Made by a program: the position numbers and the translations under genes
Origin: Macrostomum lignano
Lineage: Eukaryota
Assembly: GCA_002269645.1 (NCBI GenBank)
Contig: NIVC01001008.1
Location: 310,001 to 374,000, forward strand
Reading direction: 5' to 3'
Length of the DNA stretch: 64,000 bases
Shown: positions 27,184-40,600 of the stretch, piece by piece
Layout of the letters: every line of letters begins with the position of its first letter
Position numbering within the stretch: the stretch's first letter is position 1
The notes under the pieces: generated by a model
Seen by the model: the letters and a program-made list of their open reading frames with translations, nothing else
What the model was told of the DNA's origin: nothing
The model's database searches: none

Positions 27184-28377
27184 ATGGCTGCTGATTCCGA
27201 CCAAACAGAGACGCAAACTTCGGCTATCGGTAATGCATCTGAAGTGGCTTTGCACACTGATGATCCCCTGACAACCATTAGCAGTGAGCAGTCACCGTCG
27301 GTCTGCTTAACAATGGATCAACTGTCTGGCAATGCCTCCAATGCCTACAATGCTGCTACCTCGATTGATGGAGATCGGGCCTGTCCAGATTCCGCTGCCG
27401 CTACCTCTGCTAGAGCGATTGAGTCAACCCTGCTTGCCCCCAATGCTGAAGTAGATGACGAGGTAATTCAGATCGTCATGCTTCCGTGTAGAGCTTTTAT
27501 GGAGAAAATAACAGCCTTTGAGTTAACATTTGAGTTTAGCTCTTCAGATTAATGATCTAAGACACCTTATCAGAGGCTTATCTACATCACTTTATCCCAG
27601 CATCGTAACCCTCAGAACCTGGATGCAGTGCCTTCGATGCCATTAAAATATTCTCAATCTCACTTTCATCACCCTAATCATCCTAAATGACCTCAAGCTG
27701 TCCGAATCTCCGTGACCCGCTGCATCACACCAATGACACATTTGAAATCGGATCTCCACGATATGAAGTTCCATGAACCAGGTAGCCTAGAGTCAACAGG
27801 TTGCACTATTTGTACACACGCTTGTACTCATTATTCAACCACCCAGAAGCCTGACGAGACTCCAGTCTGTCGGATCTGCCTGGACGGCGCCTCATCCGGA
27901 CCGCTGCGCCGCCTCTGCGCCTGCCAGGGCACCGTGGGGAGCCTCCACCGGCACTGCCTGACCCGCTGGCTCGGCCTGTCAAAGAAGCAGCACTGCGAGC
28001 TGTGCCTGCAGCCGCTGCCGGTGGTGATCGACCAGCCGGGCCTGGTACAGTACATCCGGAACGCCCCTAAACGCTGCCACTGTGTGGCTTTGCTAGACTT
28101 GGTCAGCCTCCTTCTGATGCTGCCGCTCATTGTGTACTGCAATCTGCTCTCCGTGTCCGCTTTGCAACACTTCAGAGAGCTGCGCTACCTTCGCCTGCGG
28201 CAGTACTCCTTCTGGGAGATTTGCTTTGGCATTGTGCTGACCCCTTTCCTGCTGTCCGGCTTCCTGCTCTGGATCTGGTTCGTGTGCCGCGGCCACCGTT
28301 CTGAGTACAGGCGCTGGCGTCTGGAGCATCGGCGGGTGACGCTGTGCGAGTCCGAGTCCTCCCTAGCTGAGCAGTGA
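27184..28377 (+). CDS. MARCH-family RING-CH (RINGv) membrane E3 ligase, 2 exons, ~269 aa
   Basis: Exons 27184-27462 (gag|gtaatt) and 27847-28377 (cccag|aag), phase 0. CRICLDG...CACQGTVGSLHRHCLTRW...CELC C4HC3 motif followed by two hydrophobic helices. Confidence 0.88.
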
Positions 28378-29564
28378 GCGCACCTCACTTAAAATCTCGG
28401 AATGCGATGTACTCATCATACTACTGACTGAAAAGTATAGTGCGCGCGGGTTTACAATAGTTTAGTGAATTTAATGAAAAGGAATCGCATCCAGCGCTTA
28501 TTAGACTACTGATGAATAGTACTAATATGCGCCAACCAGGCTGAGAGAACAACGAAAAAAATGAATATAAAAAGTAGAGATTTGTCGCCAGTGAAAAAAA
28601 TCGAGGACTTACGACAAAGCGAGGTTTATAAAGTGCTAAGTTGTTCACTTTTCAGCTATAAATAATTTCCATACAATTTCTGATTCTATTTTATTTTTCT
28701 TTCATATATGGATATACTACTCATTAGCTATTACTCGCCCAATTTCCAGCTTGGTCAAATGAACTGTAATTTTTGGACCGAATATAAATGCCTACTGAGA
28801 GTAGTGCTCTGGCACTCTCAAACATAGATAATTATATAAACTAACTGAAACCGCGAAAGTCGCGCAGAAATTAAACTGACTGCTCAAGCAGAAAAAAAAC
28901 TCGCTATACGACCGTAGTTTTCAGTTCTCAGAAGTCTTCTGCCAATTTGTGTTATGAACAATTTAAACATGCCTGTCTGGACTTTTTATATCTGTCATGG
29001 ATTCTTTTAGATACTGCGAAGGTTTTCGAAGGTTTGCTTACCTTCTGGCCCCTCAGCCCCTCCTGTCCCTTCTGTTTGATCCATTTTCTTTCGCACAGTT
29101 CGAGGAAAGTGCATAACGGGTTTGCATATATACTGAGAACATGAATTATGTTTATTGATCACAATGTGTATTGTGCCTTATCTGTCAATGATAGGCGTCC
29201 CTTTACTATTGATCTATAGAATTTCTACTGCTGAATAGAACAGGGAGTTTTCAATTCAAAACAAAAACAACTGTTCAAAACCGTTTTTCCGGCATGCCAA
29301 TAAATGCACGCATAAATATGAAATCTATAACTGTGTATACTTACAAAATATTATATAGAAGTTAGTGAGTGTGCTCTCTGCTGGGACTCGTAAAAATAGC
29401 AAATATTATTTGAGGCGCCAGGTTGGGAACAATTATGAAAATGCTCAGAGAGTGCCCAGTTTCTTGCCTTCTGTAAGCTATTTAACTGACAAGATTCAGT
29501 TCTTTGTTCTAAATGTATACACTGTAAAAGTACGTAGACTCGTGGTATGTTCGTGCTGAGATAA

Positions 29565-31505
29565 TGAGAAAGATAAGGAGGAGGGTGGCAGGGGTGGATT
29601 GAGGTGAAGAGACAGATAAGGAGGAGGGTGGCAGAGGGGGATTGAGGTGAAGAGACAGATAAGGAGGAGGGTGGCAGAGGGGATTGAGGTGAAGAGACAG
29701 ATAAGGAGGAGGGTGGCAGAGGGGGATTGAGGTGAAGAGACAGATAAGGAGGAGGGTGGCAGAGGGGGATTGAGGTGAAGAGACAGATAAGGAGGAGGGT
29801 GGCAGAGGGGATTGAGGTGAAGAGACAGATAAGGAGGAGGGTGGCAGAGGGGGATTGAGGTGAAGAGACAGATAAGGAGGAGGGTGGCAGAGGGGATTGA
29901 GGTGAAGAGACAGATAAGGAGGAGGGTGGCAGTGGATTGAGGTGAAGAGACAGATAAGGAGGAGGGTGGCAGAGGGGGATTGAGGTGAAGAGACAGATAA
30001 GGAGGAGGGTGGCAGAGGGGGATTGAGGTGAAGAGACAGATAAGGAGGAGGGTGGCAGAGGGGGATTGAGGTGAAGAGACAGATAAGGAGGAGGGTGGCA
30101 GAGGGGATTGAGGTGAAGAGACAGATAAGGAGGAGGGTGGCAGTGGATTGAGGTGAAGAGACAGATAAGGAGGAGGGTACGTGGCAGAGGGGGATTGAGG
30201 TGAAGAGACAGATAAGGAGGAGGGTGGCAGTGGATTGAGGTGAAGAGACAGATAAGGAGGAGGGTGGCAGAGGGGGATTGAGGTGAAGAGACAGATAAGG
30301 AGGAGGGTGGCAGAGGGGGATTGAGGTGAAGAGACAGATAAGGAGGAGGGTGGCAGAGGGGGATTGAGGTGAAGAGACAGATAAGGAGGAGGGTGGCAGT
30401 GGATTGAGGTGAAGAGACAGATAAGGAGGAGGGTGGCAGAGGGGGATTGAGGTGAAGAGACAGATAAGGAGGAGGGTGGCAGAGGGGGATTGAGGTGAAG
30501 AGACAGATAAGGAGGAGGGTGGCAGAGGGGGATTGAGGTGAAGAGACAGATAAGGAGGAGGGTGGCAGAGGGGGATTGAGGTGAAGAGACAGATAAGGAG
30601 GAGGGTGGCAGAGGGGGATTGAGGTGAAGAGACAGATAAGGAGGAGGGTGGCAGAGGGGGATTGAGGTGAAGAGACAGATAAGGAGGAGGGTGGCAGTGG
30701 ATTGAGGTGAAGAGACAGATAAGGAGGAGGGTACGTGGCAGAGGGGGATTGAGGTGAAGAGACAGATAAGGAGGAGGGTGGCAGTGGATTGAGGTGAAGA
30801 GACAGATAAGGAGGAGGGTGGCAGAGGGGGATTGAGGTGAAGAGACAGATAAGGAGGAGGGTACGTGGCAGAGGGGGATTGAGGTGAAGAGACAGATAAG
30901 GAGGAGGGTGGCAGAGGGGGATTGAGGTGAAGAGACAGATAAGGAGGAGGGTACGTGGCAGAGGGGGATTGAGGTGAAAAGACAGATAAGGAGGAGGGTG
31001 GCAGAGGGAGATTGAGGTGAAGAGACAGATAAGGAGGAGGGTGGCAGTGGATTGAGGTGAAGAGACAGATAAGGAGGAGGGTGGCAGAGGGGGATTGAGG
31101 TGAAGAGACAGATAAGGAGGAGGGTGGCAGAGGGGGATTGAGGTGAAGAGACAGATAAGGAGGAGGGTGGCAGTGGGGGATTGAGGTGAAGAGACAGATA
31201 AGGAGGAGGGTGGCAGTGGGGGATTGAGGTGAAGAGACAGATAAGGAGGAGGGTACGTGGCAGAGGGGGATTGAGGTGAAGAGACAGATAAGGAGGAGGG
31301 TGGCAGTGGATTGAGGTGAAGAGACAGATAAGGAGGAGGGTGGCAGAGGGGGATTGAGGTGAAGAGACAGATAAGGAGGAGGGTGGCAGAGGGGGATTGA
31401 GGTGAAGAGACAGATAAGGAGGAGGGTGGCAGAGGGGGATTGAGGTGAAGAGACAGATAAGGAGGAGGGTGGCAGAGGGGGATTGAGGTGAAGAGACAGA
31501 TAAGT
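29565..31505. repeat. 43-bp purine/G-rich minisatellite, ~45 copies
   Basis: Unit gagacagataaggaggagggtggcagagggggattgaggtgaa. Confidence 0.98.
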
Positions 31506-31656
31506 AGGGAGGCAGAGGACAGTCTAAATGAAGGAAATAACTGGTAACAGATGAGGTGCTGGGGTCGAGCTAAGCACGTCTGCATCATTGCTTATAAATG
31601 TTAAATAGTTGATTAGACTGAACCTCGATAGAGGACTACTTAAAAACGCCCTATAT

Positions 31657-34600
31657 TCACACGGAACTTCGTCTGTCTCTCCCTCCTCCAAGCTGCTCCG
31701 TTTGTGACGCGCTGTCTCTGCATGCCGGGCTGGTCTGAAGGCTTGCGTCCGCCAGTGGCGCCGCAGCGGCGACCGCAGGCGCTTCTGCTGAGGCTTTGAC
31801 GTTTGTGCTGAGTATTGTCTCCAGACTGGCTGCGGCTGCCGTTTGGAGAGTGGAGGAGTGGAGAGACTATTTGTTATAATCTGCTGATAGCCGCCTCCCA
31901 ACTACTCAGGGCTCTGATGGACCGCCACTGCCTGTCCTCCCAGGGCTCTGATTGGCCCACCACTGACTCTCCTATCAGGGCTCTGATTGACCCGCCACTG
32001 GCTCTCCTATCAGGGCTCTGATTGACCCGCCACTGGCTCTCCTATCAGGGCTCTGATTGGCCCACCACTGACTCTCCTTTCAGGGCTCTGATTGACCCGC
32101 CACTGGCTCTCCTATCAGGGCTCTGATTGACCCGCCACTGGCTCTCCTATCAGGGCTCTGATTGACCCGCCACTGGCTCTCCTATCAGGGCTCTGTTGAC
32201 CCGCCACTGCCCTGTCCTCTCGGGGCTCTTTTTGGACCGCCACTGCCTGTCCTCTCGGGGCTCTGATTGGCCCACCACTGCCTGTCCTCTCAGAGCTCTG
32301 ATTGGCCCTGCCACTGACTCTCCTTTCAGGGCTCTGATTGGCCCCGCCACTGCCTCTCCTCTCAGGGTTCTGATTGGACCCCAACTCCTATTATTCGACA
32401 AAGCGACGCTCACCTCTACACTGGCCGCAGGCTCCAGCGCTCTCTGAATTCTTCACACTACTGCCACCACCACCGCCACCACCGCCGCTGATGGCCAGGC
32501 TGACCAGAGGCAGCACGGCGGAGTTTCTCTGTGCCGCCATCATGCCTTTCAGGTCCAGCTTCCTGCTGCCGCTGCCGGCGCTCGAGCTGCTCTTGTTGTA
32601 GGCCCGTCTGGTTGAGGAGGAAGTCGATGCTAGACTGTGCACCGTGGACAGCGGCTGCTGCTGGCCTGACAGTCTGGAGAACTGCATCTTGGAGCTAGTT
32701 GAGTCCATCCTGATGGCGAATTCGTTGCCGTAGATGCTCACCCTTCGTTTGCTGGTCAGCCTGCGGTGGTTTATCTTGCCGTTTGGGGTCGAGGATGCGC
32801 CTCCGCCGGAGCCGTCCGCGTCATCGGCGGTGGCGCCTGCGGATCTTTCGTCAGCGCCTTCAGTGACGGCGGACGGTCCAGCAGTGGACTCTGCAATAGG
32901 GTCATCCGTGGTCCGATGGCCGTACACCTGCTTGTTGAACTCTTCTCCGTTGAACATGCTTTTGTTGATAGCCACTAGGGCTGTTAGGCGCTGAAGTGTT
33001 GCATGATTGGGCTGTGTTTATAACAGCTGCTAATTGGATAGTTAGTGCGTCTATGGTCTGCTAATTGGATAATTATTGTGCCTATAGCCTGCCAATTGCA
33101 ATGTTTCACCTGAGAGAAAGATCCTTTGGCGGTGAAGACCAAGTAATAAACAATGCAGACTGGCAGCGGCAGCAGCGGCAGGAACTCCAGCACATAACTG
33201 GCATTTATTGTCCAACTGGGCAGCGGCAGGCCCACCTCGTTCGGCTTTTTAAACCATTTAATTACCAGATTCGCCTGCGGAAAAGTTGATGTGGTCGCGC
33301 ACGAAATTGAATCAAGGCAATAAGTTATAAACCTTTTTGTTAATCTAATCTTGACTAGACGCCTAAATAAGCTGTTTGTTAGGATATACAGGCAAAAGAT
33401 AAGCATGCATCAACTACACTACTGTTAGTAGAAATAGAAGCAAAAATGAGTAAATTTAATTTAACCCAACAAAAGTGTCTGGGAAATTTCTGCTCTCACA
33501 ATCAGAGCAGCCGGTGACAGCACGGTCCAGCAGACTTTCCACCATAGCGACAGATTTCCTCGCAGCATAATCTTGATGATGGCGCTGAACTGCTGCACAC
33601 CGAACACCCAGCTGACGGTTGCCAGCTCCATGAGGCACAGCAGCGCCACCGACCAGGCGATGCCGTAGGCGTCAAGCAGTTCGACCAGGTGAAATCCTGC
33701 CTGCAGTTGTTTGTTGAAAATAGGCGCTCCGTTAATATTTGTGGGAAGGGAATTGCTGCAGCTATACTGTATTGGATTAGCAATTGGTTATGAGTTGATT
33801 AGTGCTGGCTCAAATAAAACTTTATAGTGCTGCTTTATAGGCATTGGGGACACAGCTGAGTATTTGGGTCACAGCTGGGGTTTTGGAGTTACAGCTGGGG
33901 TATTGGGGTCGCAGCTGGGGTATTGGAGTCACAGCTGGGGTATTGGGGTCATAGCTGGGGTATTGTGGTCACAGCTGGGGTATTGGAGTCACAGCTGGGG
34001 TATTGGGGTCGCAGCTGGGGTATTGGAGTCACAGCTGGGGTATTGGAGTCGCAGCTGGGGTATTGGAGTCACAGCTGGGGTATTGGAGTCGCAGCTGGGG
34101 TATTGGGGTCACAGCTGGGGTATTGGGGTCACAGGTAGGGTACTCAGGCTACACCCTGAGGCTAAAGGATATGGGGTGCCGGCAGCCACAACAGAAACGG
34201 CAGCCAGAAGACAGCAGGAACTCAGGCCGGCAGTCCCGCACAGAGGTGCTGAGCGGCAGCTGCAGGCCGGCCATGCCCAGACAGAAGGCCGGCAGCCACC
34301 AGACTCGAAGGCCTTCGCCGCCGACTCGCAGCAGGTCGTGAAAGCTGATTGGCCGGCCGCCGCAGAGACGCAGCGCGCCGGAGGCGGCGGTGAAGGCCAC
34401 GGCGGACAGGCAGTCGGCGCAGATGGCCAGGTTGAGAAAGGTGAGAATTGCCGCTGTCAAGAACAGAATCCCACTCAGCCAGGCCGGCTGCCAGCAGAGC
34501 AGCGCCGAGTAGGCAGCGAATGCGCCTGCGAGAGTCTCTGCAACAGCAGGGGGCAAACGGGGGCAATCGGATGTGGATCGCCATTGCCCAGGCTGTTTAT

Positions 34601-37600
34601 CTCGGGGAGCTCAGAGTTTGCTTATTGAAAAGTTTTTTTTCAAACTGAGGTATTGTTAGTTTTGTTGATTAGTTTGTAAGCTTGTTAATCCGCGTACTTA
34701 GATTTTTTAGTAGCAAAAGTTTAAGATATCTAATCGGGGATGTCTCTCTGATAAATTAGAGATCAGAAAGATCAGAGAGAGAAGAAAGATTATAGAGAGA
34801 TCACAGAGATCACAGAGATCACAGAGATCACAGAGATCACAGAGATCACAGAGATCACAGAGATCACAGAGATCAAAGAGAGCTCAGAGATCACAGAGAT
34901 CACAGAGATCACAGAGATCACAGAGATCACAGAGATCACAGAGATCACAGAGATCAAAGAGAGCTCAGAGATCACAGAGATCACAGAGATCACAGAGATC
35001 ACAGAGATCACAGAGATCAGAGAGATCACAGAGATCACAGAGATCACAGAGATCACAGAGATCACAGAGATCACAGAGATCACAGAGATCACAGAGATCA
35101 CAGAGATCACAGAGATCACAGAGATCACAGAGATCACAGAGATCAAAGAGAGCTCAAAGATCACAGAGATCACAGAGATCAAAGAGAGCTCAGAGATCAC
35201 AAAGATCAGAGAGATCACAAAGATCACAGAGATCACAGAGATCACAGAGATCAAAGAGAGCTCAAAGATCACAGAGATCACAGAGATCAAAGAGAGCTCA
35301 GAGATCAAAGAGAGCTCAGAGATCACAAAGATCAGAGAGATCACAAAGATCACAGAGATCACAGAGATCACAGAGATCAAAGAGAGCTCAAAGATCACAG
35401 AGATCACAGAGATCAAAGAGAGCTCAGAGATCACAAAGATCAGAGAGATCAGACAAGTTTTTATTTTTACAATAAAAGTCTATTAATCAAAGCAGATTTA
35501 GCATTAACAATGCATTAGCAAACACGCTAGCTGCCAAGAGTTACAACTCGTTAGAATTCGTCACTAGTGATAATATTAGGGAATCATGTGTCAATCAAAT
35601 GCCGGGTTCGGTTCTTATCCTCAGCGATTACCGCACTAAACAGTGGCAGAGATGAGAGCGCCAGCACAGCTGAGAACAGCATCATGAGCGGCCACCATCG
35701 GTCCAACAGGGAGCGGAGTCGTTGATGGCAACCGACGCACCTGCCAGACAGCCAGGTGTTGAGAACGTCGGCCAATACCAGAGTGTGCAGACACTCTGAG
35801 GAAAAGCTGAGCAAGGCCAGGATGAAGCTCCAGAGGCTGGTTGCCCAGCGGAAGCCGGGATTGGCTGAGGCGGCGGTGGCCGACATGATGAATACGCTGT
35901 AGCGAAATCCCAGGCCTGTAATTATTAGTGCCCCTGACTATGAACTTTAGCAATCCACTGTCTTGTATAGATTAGCAATCCACTGTCTTGTATAGATTAG
36001 CAATCCACTGTCTTGTATAGATTAGCAATCCACTGTCTTGTATAGATTAGCAATCCACTGTCTTGTATAGATTAGCAATCCACTGTCTTGTATAGATTAG
36101 CAATCCACTGTCTTGTATAGATTAGCAATCCACTGTCTTGTATAGATTAGCAATCCACTGTCTTGTATAGATTAGCAATCCACTGTCTTGTATAGATTAG
36201 CAATCCACTGTCTTGTATAGATTAGCAATCCACTGTCTTGTATAGATTAGCAATCCACTGTCTTGTATAGATTAGCAATCCACTGTCTTGTATAGCTTAG
36301 CAATCCACTGTCTTGTATAGCTTAGCAATCCACTGTCTTGTATAGCTTAGCAATCCACTGTCTTGTATAGATTAGCAATCCACTGTCTTGTATAGCTTAG
36401 CAATCCACTGTCTTGTATAGATTAGCAATCCACTGTCTTGTATAGCTTAGCAATCCACTGTCTTGTATAGATTAGCAATCCACTGTCTTGTATAGATTAG
36501 CAATCCACTGTCTTGTATAGATTAGCAATCCACTGTCTTGTATAGATTAGCAATCCACTGTCTTCTCGGTGCATAGATTAACAATCCTCTTTATCCTCAA
36601 TACATAGATTAGCAATTCACTATTGAATATGAGTACATAACTAGCACTCTAGTGCCCCCCCCTTCGGGACGGCCAATAAGCAAGGAGCAAAATTATTTAT
36701 ACAAATCCATTAGAAAAGCACATTTTCTTAAGAACCAATTATTGCAAAATTTCAATACTTCTTCAGTGATACATCACCTTCCTTACTCGTATTCGAGTAA
36801 AAATGTCACGGACAAAGATGTTTTCTATGAATCTTTTTTTTTCCACAAGTAACAAAAGGACAACAAAATAAAGCCTTAGCAAGCATCCCCCAGTCAGCAA
36901 GAACCCCCACCCCCAGACAGCAAGCGCCCCCCAGACAGCAAGCGCCCCCAGACAGCAAGCATCCCCCCAGACAGCAAGCATCCCCCCAGACAGCAAGCGC
37001 CCCCCAGACAGCAAGCATCCCCCCAGACAGCAAGCGCCCCCCAGACAGCAAGCGCCCCCAGACAGCAAGCGCCCCCAGACAGCAAGCATCCCCCCAGACA
37101 GCAAGCATCCCCCCAGACAGCAAGCGCCCCCCAGACAGCAAGCATCCCCCCAGACAGCAAGCGCCCCCCAGACAGCAAGCGCCCCCAGACAGCAAGCGCC
37201 CCCCCAACCAGCAAGCGCCCCCAGACAGCAAGCATCCCCCCAGACAGCAAGCATCCCCCCAGACAGCAAGCGCCCCCCAGACAGCAAGCGCCCCCCAGAC
37301 AGCAAGCATCCCTGGATAGAAAGAATCCCTGGATAGAAAGAATCCCTAGTTAGTACGGTTTTTGGGGCTAGTAGAAGTTTAATCTATATTTTGAGCTTCA
37401 CCAATTACCAAATAGGCTACTATTATAAGTAGCAATTGTGAAACCGAAGCCTGAGAACACTCACTGTCGTCAAACAGGCTGGAAATTTCCAGCGAGCTGT
37501 CGGTGGACATGATGATGCCGGCGAACGAAAACAGGATGAAGCCGCAAAAGAAGCTGACGAGGAAGTCAATAATTGCCACGGACACTGCGGTTCTGCGAGG

Positions 37601-40600
37601 AGGGTTGGGATCAGGTAAATTAGCTCGCCCAGAGCGCTTTATAATCGGGATAGGGGGATTTTCTGCAGATAGAATCGGGATAGGGAAATTTTTAAGAGAG
37701 AATCGGGATAGGGGGATTTTCTGTAGACAGAATCGGGATTTGGGGAATTTTTTAAGAGAGAATCGGGATAGGGGAATTTTCTGCAGATAGAATCGGGATA
37801 GGGGAATTTTCTGCAGATAGAATCGGGATAGGGGACTTTTCTGCAGAGAGAATCGAGATAGGGGAATTTTCTGAAGATAGAATCGGGATTAGGGGATTTT
37901 CTGTAGACAGAATCGGGATTTGGGGAATTTTTTAAGAGAGAATCGGGATAGGGGAATTTTCTGCAGAGAGAGTCGAGATAGGGGAATTTTCTGCAGATAG
38001 AATCGGGATAGGGGACTTTTCTGCAGAGAGAGTCCAGATATGGGAATTTTCTGAAGATAGAATCGGAATAGGGGTATTTCTGCATAGAAAGTCGGGATAG
38101 GGGAATTTTCTGCAGATAGAATTGGGATAGGGGAATTTCTGCATAAAAAGTCGGGATAGGGGAATTTTCTGTAGAGAGAATCGAGATAGGGGAATTTTCT
38201 GAAGATACAATCGGGATAGGTGAATTTTCTGCAGATAGAATTGGGATAGGGGAATTTTCTGTAGACAGAATTGGGATTAGGGGAATTTTTTAGGAGAGAA
38301 TCGGGATAGGGGAATTTTGCTGCAGTGAGAATCACGAATTTTTTGCAGAGAGAATCGGGATAGGGGAATTTTATTAAGAGAGAATCGGGATTGGGGAATT
38401 TTCTGCAGAGAGTCGGGTTAGGGGAATTTTCTGTAGACAGAATCGGGATAGGGGAATTTACTGCAGACAGAATCGGGATAGGGGAATTTTCTGCAGAGAG
38501 AATCGAAATAGGGTAATTTTCTGTAGACAGAATTGGGATTAGGGGAATTTTTTAAGAGAGAATCGGGATAGGGGAATTTTCTACAGAAAGAATCAGGATA
38601 GGGGAATTTTCTGCAGACAGAATTGGCATTAGGGGAATTTTTTGAGAGAATCGGGATAGGGGAATTTTCTGCAGATAGAATCGGGATAGGGGAATTTTTT
38701 GAGAGAATCGGGATAGGGGAATTTTCTGCAGATAGAATCGGGATAGGGGAATTTTCTGAAGACAGAATTGGGATTAGGGGAATTTTTTGAGAGAATCGGG
38801 ATAGGGGAATTTTCTGCAGATTGAATCGGGATAGGGGAATTTTTTGAGAGAATCGGGATAGGGGAATTTTCTGAAGATAGAATCGGGATTAGGGGATTTT
38901 CTGTAGACAGAATCGGGATTTGGGGAATTTTTTAAGAGAGAATCGGGATAGGGGAATTTTCTGCAGAGAGAGTCGAGATAGGGGAATTTTCTGCAGATAG
39001 AATCGGGATAGGGGACTTTTCTGCAGAGAGAGTCCAGATATGGGAATTTTCTGAAGATAGAATCGGAATAGGGGTATTTCTGCATAGAAAGTCGGGATAG
39101 GGGAATTTTCTGCAGATAGAATTGGGATAGGGGAATTTCTGCATAGAAAGTCGGGATAGGGGAATTTTCTGTAGAGAGAATCGAGATAGGGGAATTTTCT
39201 GAAGATACAATCGGGATAGGTGAATTTTCTGCAGATAGAATTGGGATAGGGGAATTTTCTGTAGACAGAATTGGGATTAGGGGAATTTTTTAGGAGAGAA
39301 TCGGGATAGGGGAATTTTGCTGCAGTGAGAATCACGAATTTTTTGCAGAGAGAATCGGGATAGGGGAATTTTATTAAGAGAGAATCGGGATTGGGGAATT
39401 TTCTGCAGAGAGTCGGGTTAGGGGAATTTTCTGTAGACAGAATCGGGATAGGGGAATTTACTGCAGACAGAATCGGGATAGGGGAATTTTCTGCAGAGAG
39501 AATCGAAATAGGGTAATTTTCTGTAGACAGAATTGGGATTAGGGGAATTTTTTAAGAGAGAATCGGGATAGGGGAATTTTCTACAGAAAGAATCAGGATA
39601 GGGGAATTTTCTGCAGACAGAATTGGCATTAGGGGAATTTTTTGAGAGAATCGGGATAGGGGAATTTTCTGCAGATAGAATCGGGATAGGGGAATTTTTT
39701 GAGAGAATCGGGATAGGGGAATTTTCTGCAGATAGAATCGGGATAGGGGAATTTTCTGAAGACAGAATTGGGATTAGGGGAATTTTTTGAGAGAATCGGG
39801 ATAGGGGAATTTTCTGCAGATTGAATCGGGATAGGGGAATTTTTTGAGAGAATCGGGATAGGGGAATTTTCTGAAGATAGAATCGGGATTAGGGGATTTT
39901 CTGTAGACAGAATCGGGATTTGGGGAATTTTTTAAGAGAGAATCGGGATAGGGGAATTTTCTGCAGAGAGAGTCGAGATAGGGGAATTTTCTGCAGATAG
40001 AATCGGGATAGGGGACTTTTCTGCAGAGAGAGTCCAGATATGGGAATTTTCTGAAGATAGAATCGGAATAGGGTATTTCTGCATAGAAAGTCGGGATAGG
40101 GGAATTTTCTGCAGATAGAATTGGGATAGGGGAATTTCTGCATAAAAAGTCGGGATAGGGGAATTTTCTGTAGAGAGAATCGAGATAGGGGAATTTTCTG
40201 AAAATACAATCGGGATAGGTGAATTTTCTGCAGATAGAATTGGGATAGGGGAATTTTCTGTAGACAGAATTGGGATTAGGGGAATTTTTTAGGAGAGAAT
40301 CGGGATAGGGGAATTTTGCTGCAGTGAGAATCACGAATTTTTTGCAGAGAGAATCGGGATAGGGGAATTTTATTAAGAGAGAATCGGGATTGGGGAATTT
40401 TCTGCAGAGAGTCGGGTTAGGGGAATTTTCTGTAGACAGAATCGGGATAGGGGAATTTACTGCAGACAGAATCGGGATAGGGGAATTTTCTGCAGAGAGA
40501 ATCGAAATAGGGTAATTTTCTGTAGACAGAATTGGGATTAGGGGAATTTTTTAAGAGAGAATCGGGATAGGGGAATTTTCTACAGAAAGAATCAGGATAG

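Noticed and set aside
29351-31588. 745-aa Pro/Ser/Leu ORF
   Set aside because: Translation of the 43-bp array; unit length is not a multiple of 3 and there is no coding context.
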